Below are positions 8,711 to 17,372 of a stretch of 36,727 bases of DNA, one piece after another. The stretch comes from Planctomycetota bacterium. GTDB taxonomy: Bacteria; Planctomycetota; Brocadiia; SM23-32. How positions within the stretch are numbered: the stretch's first letter is position 1; each line of letters opens with the position of its first letter. The stretch spans positions 1-36,727 of the forward strand of contig DAOVRD010000003.1 of the NCBI GenBank assembly GCA_030628375.1. Direction: 5' to 3'. A program made the position numbers and the translations under genes. The notes beneath the pieces are model-generated. The model did no database searches and was not told the DNA's origin. It worked only from the letters and a program-made list of their open reading frames with translations.

Positions 8711-10673
8711 CGTCCCCACTCATCCACTTCGTGGGGAATGCCCCGGTCTCCCCGGGACCGACATCCCACAACTCGGTGTAGTAGACGGCCGTCCACGGGC
8801 CCCACGGCTTCGGAGCATCGTAGACTGCAAAGCCCCCCGAGAATCGCGTGCGGGGTTCACGCGGGTGATTGGGAATCTGCTGCCACCAGAGGTAGCGGCC
8901 CAGCCCTGCGTTGTAACTGACGCTTGAGCGGAGGCACCGGTGCCTGTGCGTGAACACCGCCGCACGCTGACTGATGTCGGTGCGCCACATGGGACTGCCC
9001 TTCTTATCGAGGCCGGCGAAGAACTCGTAGGCATCTCGCCCCCTGATCGCGTTCCTGGGCACGCGGGCCAGGATCATCCGGTCCGCAGCGCAATAGGCGC
9101 TGGGGTCGTCGTGGGAGTACACGTAGACGTAATCGTCCGGAGCGCCGGCATAGTTGCGCCCGAAGTTGAGGAACGTGCAGTACCCCAACTCCCGGAATCT
9201 CCAGTCGCTCCAGGTCCAGGTCTCCGCACGGTCGTCTGACCAGGCCAGTTGAGAATGCGCCCCGTCCTCGTTCGCGTTGCGGACCCAGGCGTAGAGAACG
9301 CCCTCGACCATCAGCATTCCGCTGACCTTCTTGCCGGACCTGCCCGGCCCTTTCCTCTCCCCATCGGAGCGGACGTTTTCCCCCACGAGATCGGGCGGCA
9401 TGCCCGTGACCCTGGCGAATCCCATGCTGAGCTTTTCGGGCAGGGGCGGATCGAATCCCCAGCCATCGCCGTAAGCCGTGTAGAGCTTGCCGTCGTCCGC
9501 CCAGGTGACGGGCCAGTTGTCAGAGCCGTCATGCTCCTTCTTGTATGCCTTCCGGACGATGGCGGACGCCGGCGCCCACTGCATGGCCTCTACGACGGGG
9601 CTCTGCGGACATGGCGGAAGCACAGCCCCCGCCAGAGGCCTGAACAGGTGGCTGTCCACGCCTGCCCAGAAGGTGTCCCCGAGTTGTGAACCGTTGCGCA
9701 CAACGATCAGATCGAGGCTGGGAACCACGAGCAGGATCTGGTTGCCCGCTCCGGCGCCGGCGAACGCGTCGCGGGGCAGAGAGGGCCAGACGCCATCGGA
9801 GTTCACCCACCAGCCCAGGCCCGAGGCCGGGGCCGGGTTGTCGGCAGACCGCTCCGGCAGCGGCGTGCCGGCCTGCGTCGTTGCCTTCTCGACCCACTGG
9901 GGCGAAAGGATTTGCTGGCCCTGCCAGTCCCCCTGGCGGAGCATCAGTCGGCCCACCCGCGCCACGGCCCGGGGCGTGTAACTCCCGCCACCCCAGTTAG
10001 CCACAAGGGCGAGCCCATCGGTCTCGTACCGGGTGCCGTAGCCGATGGACCACTCACCGTCCGGCGTGCCAATTGGACGCATCACGCGCTCGCGCAGCAG
10101 CGTGCGGATGTCCGCGTGAGAAGTCCCCCGCAGGGCCGCCGTCACCGCGTAGGCAAGCATTCCCATACCGGGATTGCTGTAGGCATAGCCCGAACCGGGC
10201 GGAAACACAACGGGCGCCTGATCGCGCGCGATGGTGAACGGATTGGGGTCCCGCCGCCAGAAAGCCCCCTTCCAGCCCGGCAATTGGTCGTGGGGCAGGC
10301 CGGCCTCCGCGGCGTCTTCGATGCCCGAACTGTGCGTGGCCAGATGCCGGATCGTGATCCGCGACTTCTCAGGGTGGCCTTGCCACTGTGGGACGTACTT
10401 CCAGGCCGGATCATCCACACGCAGAAGCCCATCCTGCAGGACCAACGTGAGCGAGACCCCGCCCACAAGGGCCTTGGCAAGTGAAGCCGTGTAGTGCGTG
10501 ACCGCCGGGCCGTGCTCCGCGGCGTACCACTCGTAGATGATGCGGTCGTTGCGGATGACCAACAGCGCCTTGGTTCCGCGCCGTTCCAGCTCGCGACACA
10601 TCGCGCCTAAATGCTCGCCCGACATGCCCTGACTCTCGGGCGAGGAAGTCTGCCATTCGAACACATCGCCCAC
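8634..10673 (-). CDS. Serine hydrolase (beta-lactamase/AmpC family) fused to a DUF4185-like beta-propeller
   Basis: SLAK (SxxK), LATHSSG, YSN and AGAG motifs. The C-terminal half has GSDNWPVTWADDG...YGDG. GTG 10673 follows an AGGGAGG RBS. Confidence 0.8.
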   Translation of the reverse strand: MGDVFEWQTSSPESQGMSGEHLGAMCRELERRGTKALLVIRNDRIIYEWYAAEHGPAVTHYTASLAKALVGGVSLTLVLQDGLLRVDDPAWKYVPQWQGHPEKSRITIRHLATHSSGIEDAAEAGLPHDQLPGWKGAFWRRDPNPFTIARDQAPVVFPPGSGYAYSNPGMGMLAYAVTAALRGTSHADIRTLLRERVMRPIGTPDGEWSIGYGTRYETDGLALVANWGGGSYTPRAVARVGRLMLRQGDWQGQQILSPQWVEKATTQAGTPLPERSADNPAPASGLGWWVNSDGVWPSLPRDAFAGAGAGNQILLVVPSLDLIVVRNGSQLGDTFWAGVDSHLFRPLAGAVLPPCPQSPVVEAMQWAPASAIVRKAYKKEHDGSDNWPVTWADDGKLYTAYGDGWGFDPPLPEKLSMGFARVTGMPPDLVGENVRSDGERKGPGRSGKKVSGMLMVEGVLYAWVRNANEDGAHSQLAWSDDRAETWTWSDWRFRELGYCTFLNFGRNYAGAPDDYVYVYSHDDPSAYCAADRMILARVPRNAIRGRDAYEFFAGLDKKGSPMWRTDISQRAAVFTHRHRCLRSSVSYNAGLGRYLWWQQIPNHPREPRTRFSGGFAVYDAPKPWGPWTAVYYTELWDVGPGETGAFPTKWMSGDGRTVYLVFSGDDDFSVRKGTLILGP

Positions 10674-10748
10674 CGCGCGACCCTCCCTGACCAATGCGAA
10701 CGGCAGCATGATAGAGTCACACCGCGGCAGGGCAAAGGACACGGCCTC

Positions 10749-10926
10749 ACCCGACCCGGCAGGTCTTGCCAACGCTCACACATAGGCGCACTCCCTCGGC
10801 AGTCGTAGGGGCGGTTCGCGAACTTTAGCCGCCTTGGCGGCCGCCCCTACTACGGCCCAAGGATGAGCGTGCCCTTCCGCACAGAGAAGTCATCGTCCCC
10901 GGAGAACACCAGCTAGACGGTCCGGC
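10749..10926. repeat. Direct repeat copy 2, including a 77-nt dead copy of the serine hydrolase 3' end
   Basis: 10850-10926 matches 8634-8710 except at 10913, which turns a Tyr TAC into a TAG stop. Confidence 0.95.
10805..10850. repeat. GTAG-REP palindrome GTAGGGGCGGTTCGCGAACCGCCCCTAC interrupted by an 18-nt insert
   Basis: Removing 10823-10840 leaves a perfect 28-bp palindrome. A degenerate copy lies at ~8579-8624. Confidence 0.8.
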
Positions 10927-10937
10927 TCCAGACACGG

Positions 10938-11477
10938 TCAATGCGCGGTGACCCGTTCGAGCGCCGCTGCGTAGACGTCGTAGTCGGCGGCAGTGAAGAG
11001 CACGAAGCGCACCACCTCAAAGCAGCCCGGGTTCTGCCCAAGGAACTCCGCCACGGTGCTCAGCGCCACACCCGCCGCCTCCTCAATGGGGTAGCTGTAG
11101 ACGCCGGTGCTGATGGAGGGAAAGGCCACCGAACGCAAGCCGTTGTCCACCGCCACCTGCAGGCTGGAGCGGTAGGCGCCGGAGAGCAGTTCCGCCTCCC
11201 CGCGGGACCCTCCGCTCCAGCGCGGCCCCACGGCGTGTATGACGCGGCGTGCCGGCAGGTTGCCGCCCGTCGTGATCACGGCACTGCCGGTGGGGCACCC
11301 GCCAATGCGGCGGCATTCCTCCATGATGGCCGGCCCGCCCGCGCGGTGGATCGCACCGTCCACGCCCCCGCCGCCGCGCAGTCCGCTGTTGGCGGCGTTC
11401 ACAATGGCATCCACCTCCTGCCGGGTGATATCCCCCCGGACCAGTTCCACAGCGGCGCCACCGATATCTTTCCGCAT
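10938..11477 (-). CDS. ymdB: Macrodomain O-acetyl-ADP-ribose deacetylase
   Basis: GDIT, IVNAAN, GGGGVDGAIH, VIHAVGP and AFPSISTGVY motifs. Confidence 0.92.
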   Translation of the reverse strand: MRKDIGGAAVELVRGDITRQEVDAIVNAANSGLRGGGGVDGAIHRAGGPAIMEECRRIGGCPTGSAVITTGGNLPARRVIHAVGPRWSGGSRGEAELLSGAYRSSLQVAVDNGLRSVAFPSISTGVYSYPIEEAAGVALSTVAEFLGQNPGCFEVVRFVLFTAADYDVYAAALERVTAH

Positions 11478-11643
11478 CTTCCCCGCCTCCTTTTTGACGG
11501 ACTTAAACCGTTGCTACGCGCTAACTTACAGGACGCTTCTGCGTTCGCGTCGGCGGCCGGCCTATACTCTCAGAGAAGACCACAGGCGAGGGCGCCTGTG
11601 CTACATAAATACGACAGGATTCCGGAGGCCGGGAAGCGCCGCG

Positions 11644-12009
11644 ATGTCAGACCCGCACGAACCGCAAAGCTATTACGACCTGCTCGGCATCAAGCCCGGC
11701 GCCGCGCTCGAAGAAATCAAACGTGCCTACCGCCGCAAGGTCCGCACGTGCCACCCGGACCTGAACCGGGCCGCGGACCCCGCCCACTTCAAGCGCGTGC
11801 AGCGGGCCTACGAGGTGCTCCGCGACCCGGCCCGGCGCAAGCGCTACGACGCTGCCGCCGGGGTGGCAACGCAGAACGACTTCGCCGCGCCCGACCGCAG
11901 CAGCTTCAATCGGCTGCTCAACAACCTCTGCTCGTCCCTGCAAACCGCCCTCGACAACACCCAAAGCACGTCCCGCAAACGCCAAGGCAAGAGCCGCAGG
12001 GCGGGTTGA
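11644..12009 (+). CDS. Small stand-alone J-domain (DnaJ) protein
   Basis: YYDLLGI...EIKRAYR...HPD...AYEVLRDP..R..YD; 121 aa from ATG 11644. Confidence 0.85.
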   Translation: MSDPHEPQSYYDLLGIKPGAALEEIKRAYRRKVRTCHPDLNRAADPAHFKRVQRAYEVLRDPARRKRYDAAAGVATQNDFAAPDRSSFNRLLNNLCSSLQTALDNTQSTSRKRQGKSRRAG

Positions 12010-12084
12010 CGCTCGGCGGAGCCGGTCCGCCGCCTCACTCACCCCCCGCAAAGCCGGATAACGGACCCGCCCTCGCCCAGGCCG

Positions 12085-12588
12085 TCACTCAATCCACATG
12101 AACCAGGACTTCGGAGCCCCGCAGATGGGACACTTGTCCGGGGCCTCGTCCTCGACGGTGTTCCCGCAGCCCCTGCAGACGAACATCTTCTTTTCGGGCA
12201 GGTCCTCGCCCTTCTCCAGACTTTCGACAGCCCCGGCGTAGAGGCCGTGGTGGATCTCTTCGACCTTCAAGGCGTAATCGAAGGTGCGCTCGGCGTCCTT
12301 GTGTCCCTCTTCGCGCGCGGCGGCAACGAAGGCAGGATACATGGACTTGAACTCCTCCGCCTCACCGGCCATGGCCACCCTCAGGTTCGCCAGCGTGTCG
12401 GCGACGCCCCGCATAGCATCCAGGTGGTTCTGGGCGTGAACGGTCTCCGCCGCCGCCACAGCCCTGAACAGCCTGCCGATCATCGCGAGGCCATCTTCCT
12501 GGGCTTTCTTGCCAAAGCGCAGATACCTCTGGTTCGCCTGGCTTTCCCCCGCAAACGCCGCGTTGAGGTTGTCCTCACTGTTGGCCAT
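12085..12588 (-). CDS. rbr: Rubrerythrin
   Basis: AFAGESQA, ETVHA and EEIHH di-iron ligands plus a C-terminal rubredoxin CxxC...CPIC. Confidence 0.93.
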   Translation of the reverse strand: MANSEDNLNAAFAGESQANQRYLRFGKKAQEDGLAMIGRLFRAVAAAETVHAQNHLDAMRGVADTLANLRVAMAGEAEEFKSMYPAFVAAAREEGHKDAERTFDYALKVEEIHHGLYAGAVESLEKGEDLPEKKMFVCRGCGNTVEDEAPDKCPICGAPKSWFMWIE

Positions 12589-12759
12589 CGTACATGTCCT
12601 TCCAATCGAATAGAACGAAACAATCAGAAACAGCCCCCTGACCCGTCACCGTTCCCAGGCTAACACGCCACAGCCTGCCGTGCAAGGAACGCGTGCGCCC
12701 CCTCCGACGGCCCTCCGCGGCCTACCCGCTGAGGACCGCGCGGTTCGTGCGCGCGTGCC

Positions 12760-13407
12760 TCAGGCCGGGCGGATGTCCAGGAAGAGGTTCTCCGGCTCTT
12801 CGTGGATGCCGTGCGTGGTGAAACGAAGCGGCTTGTCGAAGCACGGGCCGTCGTGAACAAGGGAGTGATACTCGCCATTCTCCCCGCAGGGGTCTATGCC
12901 TTCCAGGCGAGTGATGTCGGCCACGAATTGCCGGTCTATGCTGCGGCCAAGGTATTCGCGGCCCAGGTGTTTCAGCCACACGGAAGTCACGACCGCCCGG
13001 AAGCCCTCTTCGACGAACTCCTCCAGCACGGCGGCGGTGTCCTGCTGCCAGAGCACGTCGAGGTACTGAAGACCCACGGCCTCCACGCGCTCGCGGTAGT
13101 ACTGGCTGACGTCCTCCAGAAGGATGTTGCCGAAGATGACGCCGCGCAGACCCGCCTCCTTCACCTTCTCCAGCGCACGGGCGAAGTCCTCGTCGAACTG
13201 ATCCGCCCGCGTGGACTCGATTATGATTTCGAGGCCCAGCGCCTCCGCCTGAGCAGAGAGCATTTCCGGGCGGTATCCATGGAACCGGACGCGGCCGTAC
13301 TCGGTCCCGTATACGTGGAAGAGGTGCGTCACACGGAGTCCCTGCGCCAGCGCTCTGTGCAGAGCCAGCGTGCTGTCCTTGCCGCCGCTAGAGGCTACGG
13401 CGTACAT
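12760..13407 (-). CDS. Diphthine-ammonia-ligase-like PP-loop ATPase (DUF71)
   Basis: SGGKDS PP-loop, FHG, GVIFGNI, LGR and DPCGENGEYH motifs. Confidence 0.88.
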   Translation of the reverse strand: MYAVASSGGKDSTLALHRALAQGLRVTHLFHVYGTEYGRVRFHGYRPEMLSAQAEALGLEIIIESTRADQFDEDFARALEKVKEAGLRGVIFGNILLEDVSQYYRERVEAVGLQYLDVLWQQDTAAVLEEFVEEGFRAVVTSVWLKHLGREYLGRSIDRQFVADITRLEGIDPCGENGEYHSLVHDGPCFDKPLRFTTHGIHEEPENLFLDIRPA

Positions 13408-13445
13408 GGGCCCCGACCCCCGAAACGAGACCGGCCCGATCGCGG

Positions 13446-14531
13446 CTAACACTCCCCCACGGCGTCGTACATGGCCACAACGTTCTCAAGCGGTATCTCC
13501 TTGAAGATGACGTTGGAAGGGCCGAGGCACAATCCCCCGCCCATGCTGCAATGCTCGATCAGATGCCGAATCTCCGCTCTGACGTCCTCGGGAGTGCCGA
13601 AGGGGAGCGTCTTCTGCAGACTCACGCATCCGTGCATGACCAGGCGGTCGCCGTGGTCCCTTTTGAACTCCGCGGGGTCCATGCACTCCGGCTGAATGGG
13701 ATTGAGGACGTCCAGGCCGCACTCGATCAGGTCCGGGACGATAGCCCGTGAATCGCCGTCGGTGTGCATCATGACGTAAGCGGCGGGATTGGCCGCCTTC
13801 AGGCCGGATATGAGGGCCTTCAACCTCCCCTTATCGAACCGACGCCAGGCGTCGGGCGACATGATCATGCTGTTCTGCATGGCCAGGTCGCCCGTGATTT
13901 GCACCATGTCCACGCCGGCCTCAACCAGCCGCACGCCCACGGCCCTCGCCCACCCATAGAGGATGTCGTAGAGGCGGTCGAGCAGCCCCGGGCGGATGGC
14001 ATAATCCATCAGGACGTTGTCCATGCCCCGCACCAGCCAGGCCGCCTTGAAGGGCTGCGTCAGCTCGCCGATCACCACCGCTCCCTCGTCCTTCAGGGCC
14101 TGGATCCTGTCCGGCAGGTCTTCGGGGACCGTGATCCATTCCTCGCGCGGGAACGGATAGAAGTCCAGGTCCTCAGGCCTCTCGGCCTCCGCCAGCGGGA
14201 GCCAGACGACGTCCTCCAGGTAGTCGCTGCCTGGATGGACCCTGACGACGCGGCCGCCGGACATAACGCGATACTGCTCGTCGTCCCTGTACTCGTCAGG
14301 CACGAGCGAGTCTATCAGTGCCTGGCACTCGTCCGGCCAGCGCACCTGCAGGCCGACCGATTCCCAGCGGTCTATCCGCAGGCGTTCGTGCGCCTCCCTG
14401 TCGGAATTGAGCCCGAGGTGCGCGAGCAACCCGTCCATGGCATCCCGGTTGATCCAGATGAAGGTCGGCACGCGGTCGGGACTGCGATGCTCAAAACAGG
14501 TGAGAATCCTTTCGCGACTCGTCATTGCCAT
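13446..14531 (-). CDS. Uroporphyrinogen decarboxylase family protein (MtaA/CmuA-like)
   Basis: MTSRERI...PDRVP, RGMDN, HTDG, LNPIQPECM, GTPEDV and ENVVAMY motifs. Confidence 0.85.
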   Translation of the reverse strand: MAMTSRERILTCFEHRSPDRVPTFIWINRDAMDGLLAHLGLNSDREAHERLRIDRWESVGLQVRWPDECQALIDSLVPDEYRDDEQYRVMSGGRVVRVHPGSDYLEDVVWLPLAEAERPEDLDFYPFPREEWITVPEDLPDRIQALKDEGAVVIGELTQPFKAAWLVRGMDNVLMDYAIRPGLLDRLYDILYGWARAVGVRLVEAGVDMVQITGDLAMQNSMIMSPDAWRRFDKGRLKALISGLKAANPAAYVMMHTDGDSRAIVPDLIECGLDVLNPIQPECMDPAEFKRDHGDRLVMHGCVSLQKTLPFGTPEDVRAEIRHLIEHCSMGGGLCLGPSNVIFKEIPLENVVAMYDAVGEC

Positions 14532-14592
14532 GATAGCTCCGCGGCAGCTTGTCCGGACCCGATCATGTCGCCGATGCTGGAGAACCCGGACA

Positions 14593-14718
14593 AAGGTGGC
14601 GCATCGTAAGGTAGCGCATCGTAGTGCGCCGAAGGTGGCGCATCGTAGTGCGCCGAAGGTGGCGCATCGTAAGGTAGCGCATCGTAGTGCGCCGAAGGTG
14701 GCGCATTGTAGTGCGCCG
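14593..14718. repeat. Intergenic tandem array of 15-nt (AAGGTRGCGCATYGT x6) and 9-nt (AGTGCGCCG x4) modules
   Basis: Order is A A B A B A A B A B, 126 nt in total. The junctions form GTAG-TGCGCC-GAAGGT-GGCGCA hairpins. Confidence 0.9.
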
Positions 14719-14774
14719 GAGGATGGAACTGCAACGGCGGGACGCGGACCGCCCAGACAGCGCTTCAGCCCGAC

Positions 14775-15719
14775 TCAGGGACCCGACTCCACGATCACGC
14801 AGTTGCGGCCGGCCTTCTTGCTGCGGTACATCAGTTCGTCCGCCCTGTCCACCACCGTCTCCAAGGTATCATCCGGGCGTGCCAGCACCGCACCGATAGA
14901 AACGGTCACGCGCACAACGTCCTCGTCTGGCTGAAGGCTGGAACTCTCCACAAGCGCGCGGCAGCGCTCTGCCACGGAGCGCAGCGTGCCCTCGTTGACG
15001 TTGACGATGAGGGCCACGAACTCCTCGCCGCCCCAGCGACCCAGGAAGTCGAACGGCCTGAGGCTCCCGACCATGGTCCTCGCGACCATCTTCAGCACTT
15101 CGTCCCCGGTATCATGGCCGTATTTGTCGTTGATCGCTTTGAAGTGATCTATGTCAACAAAGAGGACTCCGAACACCCAGCCATACCGGCGGACCTCGTC
15201 GAGCTTGCCACGGATGTTCATCTCGGTGTAGCGTCTGTTCCCCACCTCGGTCAAGGCGTCAAGGAAAGCCACCCTTTCCAGTTCGTTGATGCGCTCGACG
15301 GCGGCGATCTTCGAGCTGTTGTCGCTGAAGACCTGCACAACGCCGCTGACGACGCCATCGGATTCCAGGATGGGGGAGACACGGACCAGAACCGGCACTC
15401 GGTGCCCCTTCTTGTGGTGCAGGTAGGCTTCGAGTTCCCTGGACTGGCCGTCAGCCAGGGTTGCGGCCACCGGACACAGTCCTTCGCACAAGTTGGTCCC
15501 CTGCTCGTCCACGTGCATGAGGATGTTGTCCATGCAGCGATTTCCGAGGACCTCAGTGGCCGTGAAACCGGTGATCCGCTCCGCGCCGCGATTCCAGAAG
15601 ATAACCCGCCGGTCCCGGTCCAGGAAGTACACACCATCATAGAGATGGTTCAGCACATCGCGGTAGAACTCGTCGCCCGTTCTCAAGTCCGACCAGCTGA
15701 CCAGATGCGACCCCGACAT
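14775..15719 (-). CDS. PAS-GGDEF diguanylate cyclase (paralog 1)
   Basis: PAS (WNRGAERITG), DALT, DIDHFK.IND.YGH, RPFD I-site and GGEEF active site. Confidence 0.93.
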   Translation of the reverse strand: MSGSHLVSWSDLRTGDEFYRDVLNHLYDGVYFLDRDRRVIFWNRGAERITGFTATEVLGNRCMDNILMHVDEQGTNLCEGLCPVAATLADGQSRELEAYLHHKKGHRVPVLVRVSPILESDGVVSGVVQVFSDNSSKIAAVERINELERVAFLDALTEVGNRRYTEMNIRGKLDEVRRYGWVFGVLFVDIDHFKAINDKYGHDTGDEVLKMVARTMVGSLRPFDFLGRWGGEEFVALIVNVNEGTLRSVAERCRALVESSSLQPDEDVVRVTVSIGAVLARPDDTLETVVDRADELMYRSKKAGRNCVIVESGP

Positions 15720-15808
15720 TTCCGGTGACCACACTCCACTCACTGCACAATACCTCGAGCCAAATCCGTGCGTCCCCGCCCACAAAGCTCGCGGGATCCA
15801 GGCGCGCG

Positions 15809-16717
15809 CTACGCGCCGGATTCCACTATCACGCAGTTACGTCCCGCCTCTTTGCTCCGGTACATGAGTTCGTCCGCCCGGCCCATCAACGTTTCCAACC
15901 TGTCGTCAAGACGAGCCAGCGCCCCGCCGATGGAGACCGTAACCTGCACCAGGTCCTCACCGACCGGCAGGCCGGCCTGCTCGACAAGTCTGCAGCACCG
16001 CTCCGCCACCGATCCCAACGCCCCTTCGGGGACGTTGAGAACAATCGCAACAAATTCCTCGCCTCCCCACCGGCCCAGCAGGTCGAAGGGCCTCAGGCCT
16101 TTAGTCAGGGTTCTCACCACCATCTTCAGCGCTTCGTCGCCCGTCCCATGACCGTACCTGTCATTGACCCTCTTGAAGTGGTCTATATCAACGAAAAGCA
16201 GTCCGAACACCCAGCCGTAGCGGCGCATCTCTTCGAGCCTGGCACGAACGGTCTTCTCGATATGACGCCTGTTTCCCAGGCCCGTGAGGGAATCCAGCAG
16301 CGCCATCCCCTCCAGATCCCTGATCCTTCTCATCGCCTCCACCTTGGAGGCGTCGTTGCTGAAGACCTCGACGGCCCCGCTGATCGCGCCGTCCGGCTCG
16401 GTGACGGCACTCACCCGCACCGAGACAGGCACCCGGTGCCCCTCTTTGTGACGAATGTAGGTATCCATCCGGCGGGAGAGGCCATCGGCCAGGGTCGCCG
16501 CCACCAGTGAAAGCTCCTCCCCCACCGCCGCGCCCTGGCCATCCCGGCTGCTCAAGGCATCGTCCCAACGAGCCCCGACGATCTCTGCCGCAGTTACCCC
16601 GGTGATCCTTTCCGCCCCTTTGCTCCAGAAAAGGACCTTCCGGTCCCGGTCAACGAAGTAGACGCCGTGGCGGAGGTCATCCAACACGTTGCGATAGAAA
16701 CCGCCCTCGGTTCTCAT
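15809..16717 (-). CDS. PAS-GGDEF diguanylate cyclase (paralog 2)
   Basis: Same architecture (DSLTG, DIDHFK, RPFD, GGEEF); start placed at ATG 16717. Confidence 0.92.
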   Translation of the reverse strand: MRTEGGFYRNVLDDLRHGVYFVDRDRKVLFWSKGAERITGVTAAEIVGARWDDALSSRDGQGAAVGEELSLVAATLADGLSRRMDTYIRHKEGHRVPVSVRVSAVTEPDGAISGAVEVFSNDASKVEAMRRIRDLEGMALLDSLTGLGNRRHIEKTVRARLEEMRRYGWVFGLLFVDIDHFKRVNDRYGHGTGDEALKMVVRTLTKGLRPFDLLGRWGGEEFVAIVLNVPEGALGSVAERCCRLVEQAGLPVGEDLVQVTVSIGGALARLDDRLETLMGRADELMYRSKEAGRNCVIVESGA

Positions 16718-16766
16718 TCCGTATCCCCACGCCGATACCTTCTCTCCCCACCCCGTCAAGCCGTTG

Positions 16767-16802
16767 CACGACACGTTCCCAGAACACGACACGTTCCCAG
16801 AA
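16767..16802. repeat. Perfect 18-bp tandem duplication CACGACACGTTCCCAGAA x2 upstream of DGC paralog 2
   Basis: 16767-16784 is identical to 16785-16802. Confidence 0.9.
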
Positions 16803-16969
16803 ACGGAACAGGCGGTTATGATACAGGTTCTGGCAACGTTGCGCACGTCCCCATTGCCGAATACAGCGTCACTCTGCACGCGGGGCCACTATGCGTGCGT
16901 TCACGGGGCGGACAGCCAGCATCCCCTCCTGCCCGTGGAATGGGTCCGAGCAGGCCCGAGCCCACCACC

Positions 16970-17326
16970 TCAGCCCGGTGATTGCTGGACAGCCTCGAGC
17001 GCCTCCTCCTCGGTCGCATAGATCCTGAAGAGCTTGCTCACACGCGTGACGTCGAAGACCTCCCTGATCTGCGCATCGAGTCCGAACAGCACAAGTCTGC
17101 CGCCGTACTTCTCGACCTTGAGTTGCGCCTCAATCAAGGTGGCCAGGCCGCTGGTATCCATGAACTTGAGGCCGGTGAGGTCCAACATAAGGTTCTGCTC
17201 GCCCTTCTTGACGTACTTCATCAGCAGCCGGCGCAGATCCGGGGCGGTATGGATGTTCAGTTCGCCGGTGAGTCCAACAGCAGACACCCCTTCAACCGTC
17301 CGTTCCGTCAGGTCCATTTCCGACAT
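16970..17326 (-). CDS. STAS-domain anti-sigma factor antagonist
   Basis: LTGEL..TAPDL, LDLTGLKFMDTSGL (phospho-acceptor region) and EEEAL C-terminus. Confidence 0.9.
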   Translation of the reverse strand: MSEMDLTERTVEGVSAVGLTGELNIHTAPDLRRLLMKYVKKGEQNLMLDLTGLKFMDTSGLATLIEAQLKVEKYGGRLVLFGLDAQIREVFDVTRVSKLFRIYATEEEALEAVQQSPG

Positions 17327-17372
17327 GCGCACCGTCCTCTCGCACACAGACAGCAACGTCGCCGCTTCAGAG

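Noticed and set aside
8523-10926. Diversity-generating retroelement (VR/TR pair at a gene 3' end)
   Set aside because: The differences are not adenine-specific, only one lies in the coding part, and there is no reverse transcriptase in the window.
14593-14718. CRISPR array
   Set aside because: There are no unique spacers, the units are too short, and there are no cas genes.
14407-14934. ORFs encoding KVAHR/PPSAHYDA peptide repeats
   Set aside because: They overlap real genes and are by-products of repeat modules whose lengths are multiples of three.
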